Of a stretch of 64,000 nt of DNA, positions 63,359-64,000 are shown in pieces. The position numbers and the translations under genes are program-made. Positions within the stretch are counted from its first letter, which is position 1, and every line of letters starts with the position of its first letter. This stretch comes from Orbicella franksi (taxonomy: Eukaryota), in the NCBI GenBank assembly GCA_964199315.1, contig OZ116702.1, positions 20,460,001 to 20,524,000 of the forward strand, read 5' to 3'. The notes under the pieces are model-generated. The model searched no databases, was not told where the DNA came from, and saw only the letters and a list, made by a program, of their open reading frames with translations.

Positions 63359-64000
63359 CATTTTAATAAGATTTCAATCAATCAAAATATGTCTTTTCGG
63401 TTTTACTTTAGAGAGTTAAGCTGATGATAGTGTCCCTTGAAATATCTCCCTGTCTCCAGTTGCCACGTCATCATTTCATTACTTCAGCGTGCTGAAAGAC
63501 ACTCTATTCTCTCCTCACCAGGTTTTGGGAGAGTATCAATAGTAAAAGCTATAGTGTAGTGTTACGTTGTTTGTTATCCAGGAAAACTGCGACACCAAGT
63601 AGCATTTCGATACGACAAGTTTTGAAAACGCCAACTTGTGTATTTGTCGATTTCCATTTTAATACAATAACTCAAATGTTAATCTGAGGTGTTCTTATCG
63701 CTTTGTATCAATCAGCAATCAGATTGATTTCTGCACTAGAAAGGATTGATCATATGCAGTTTAACTTACACTTAGATGACAACCGTAGTTAATGAAAACC
63801 GTCATTTTTCAGGACCACGATCAGGAAACACTTAGCAAAATAATGATTACCTGTCAGAAGGTACCAAATTATTCTCCTCAGTTTTTGCGTACATATAGCC
63901 ATTATGTGAACAATATAACAAAGCTATGAAGATGCGATTGATCATCGCAGTTATACACACAACTTCTAAAAAGCAGTTGTGAAATTAAAGCCTGAAAAAA

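Overview
Eukaryotic, AT-rich, intron-containing DNA. Repeat families and gene style suggest an anthozoan, probably a stony coral (inference, not a database match). Left end: two tandem, minus-strand, two-exon NK-like (NKL/ANTP-class) homeobox genes with eh1 motifs. Centre: a structurally complete 7.7-kb AcademH-type DNA transposon (27310-35021; 88-bp TIRs, 9-bp TSD). It encodes a RecQ-like helicase and a convergent four-exon transposase with one premature stop, and sits in a telomere-like, G-rich 9-bp satellite. On the plus strand, interrupted by that transposon block, are five genes (20.3-61.3 kb) for orphan-looking, Cys-poor, low-complexity secreted proteins. They share a small signal-peptide exon ending in a phase-1 intron, and I rebuilt these signal exons by hand because the ORF track misses or mis-ends them. 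Also present: a truncated Penelope retroelement with inverted arms and minimal hammerhead ribozymes, SINEs, MITEs, long hairpin elements, a DIRS relic, a degenerate tRNA-Arg(TCG) and microsatellites. No rRNA or CRISPR features. All gene models were derived by eye from splice signals and reading frame and need RNA-seq confirmation.
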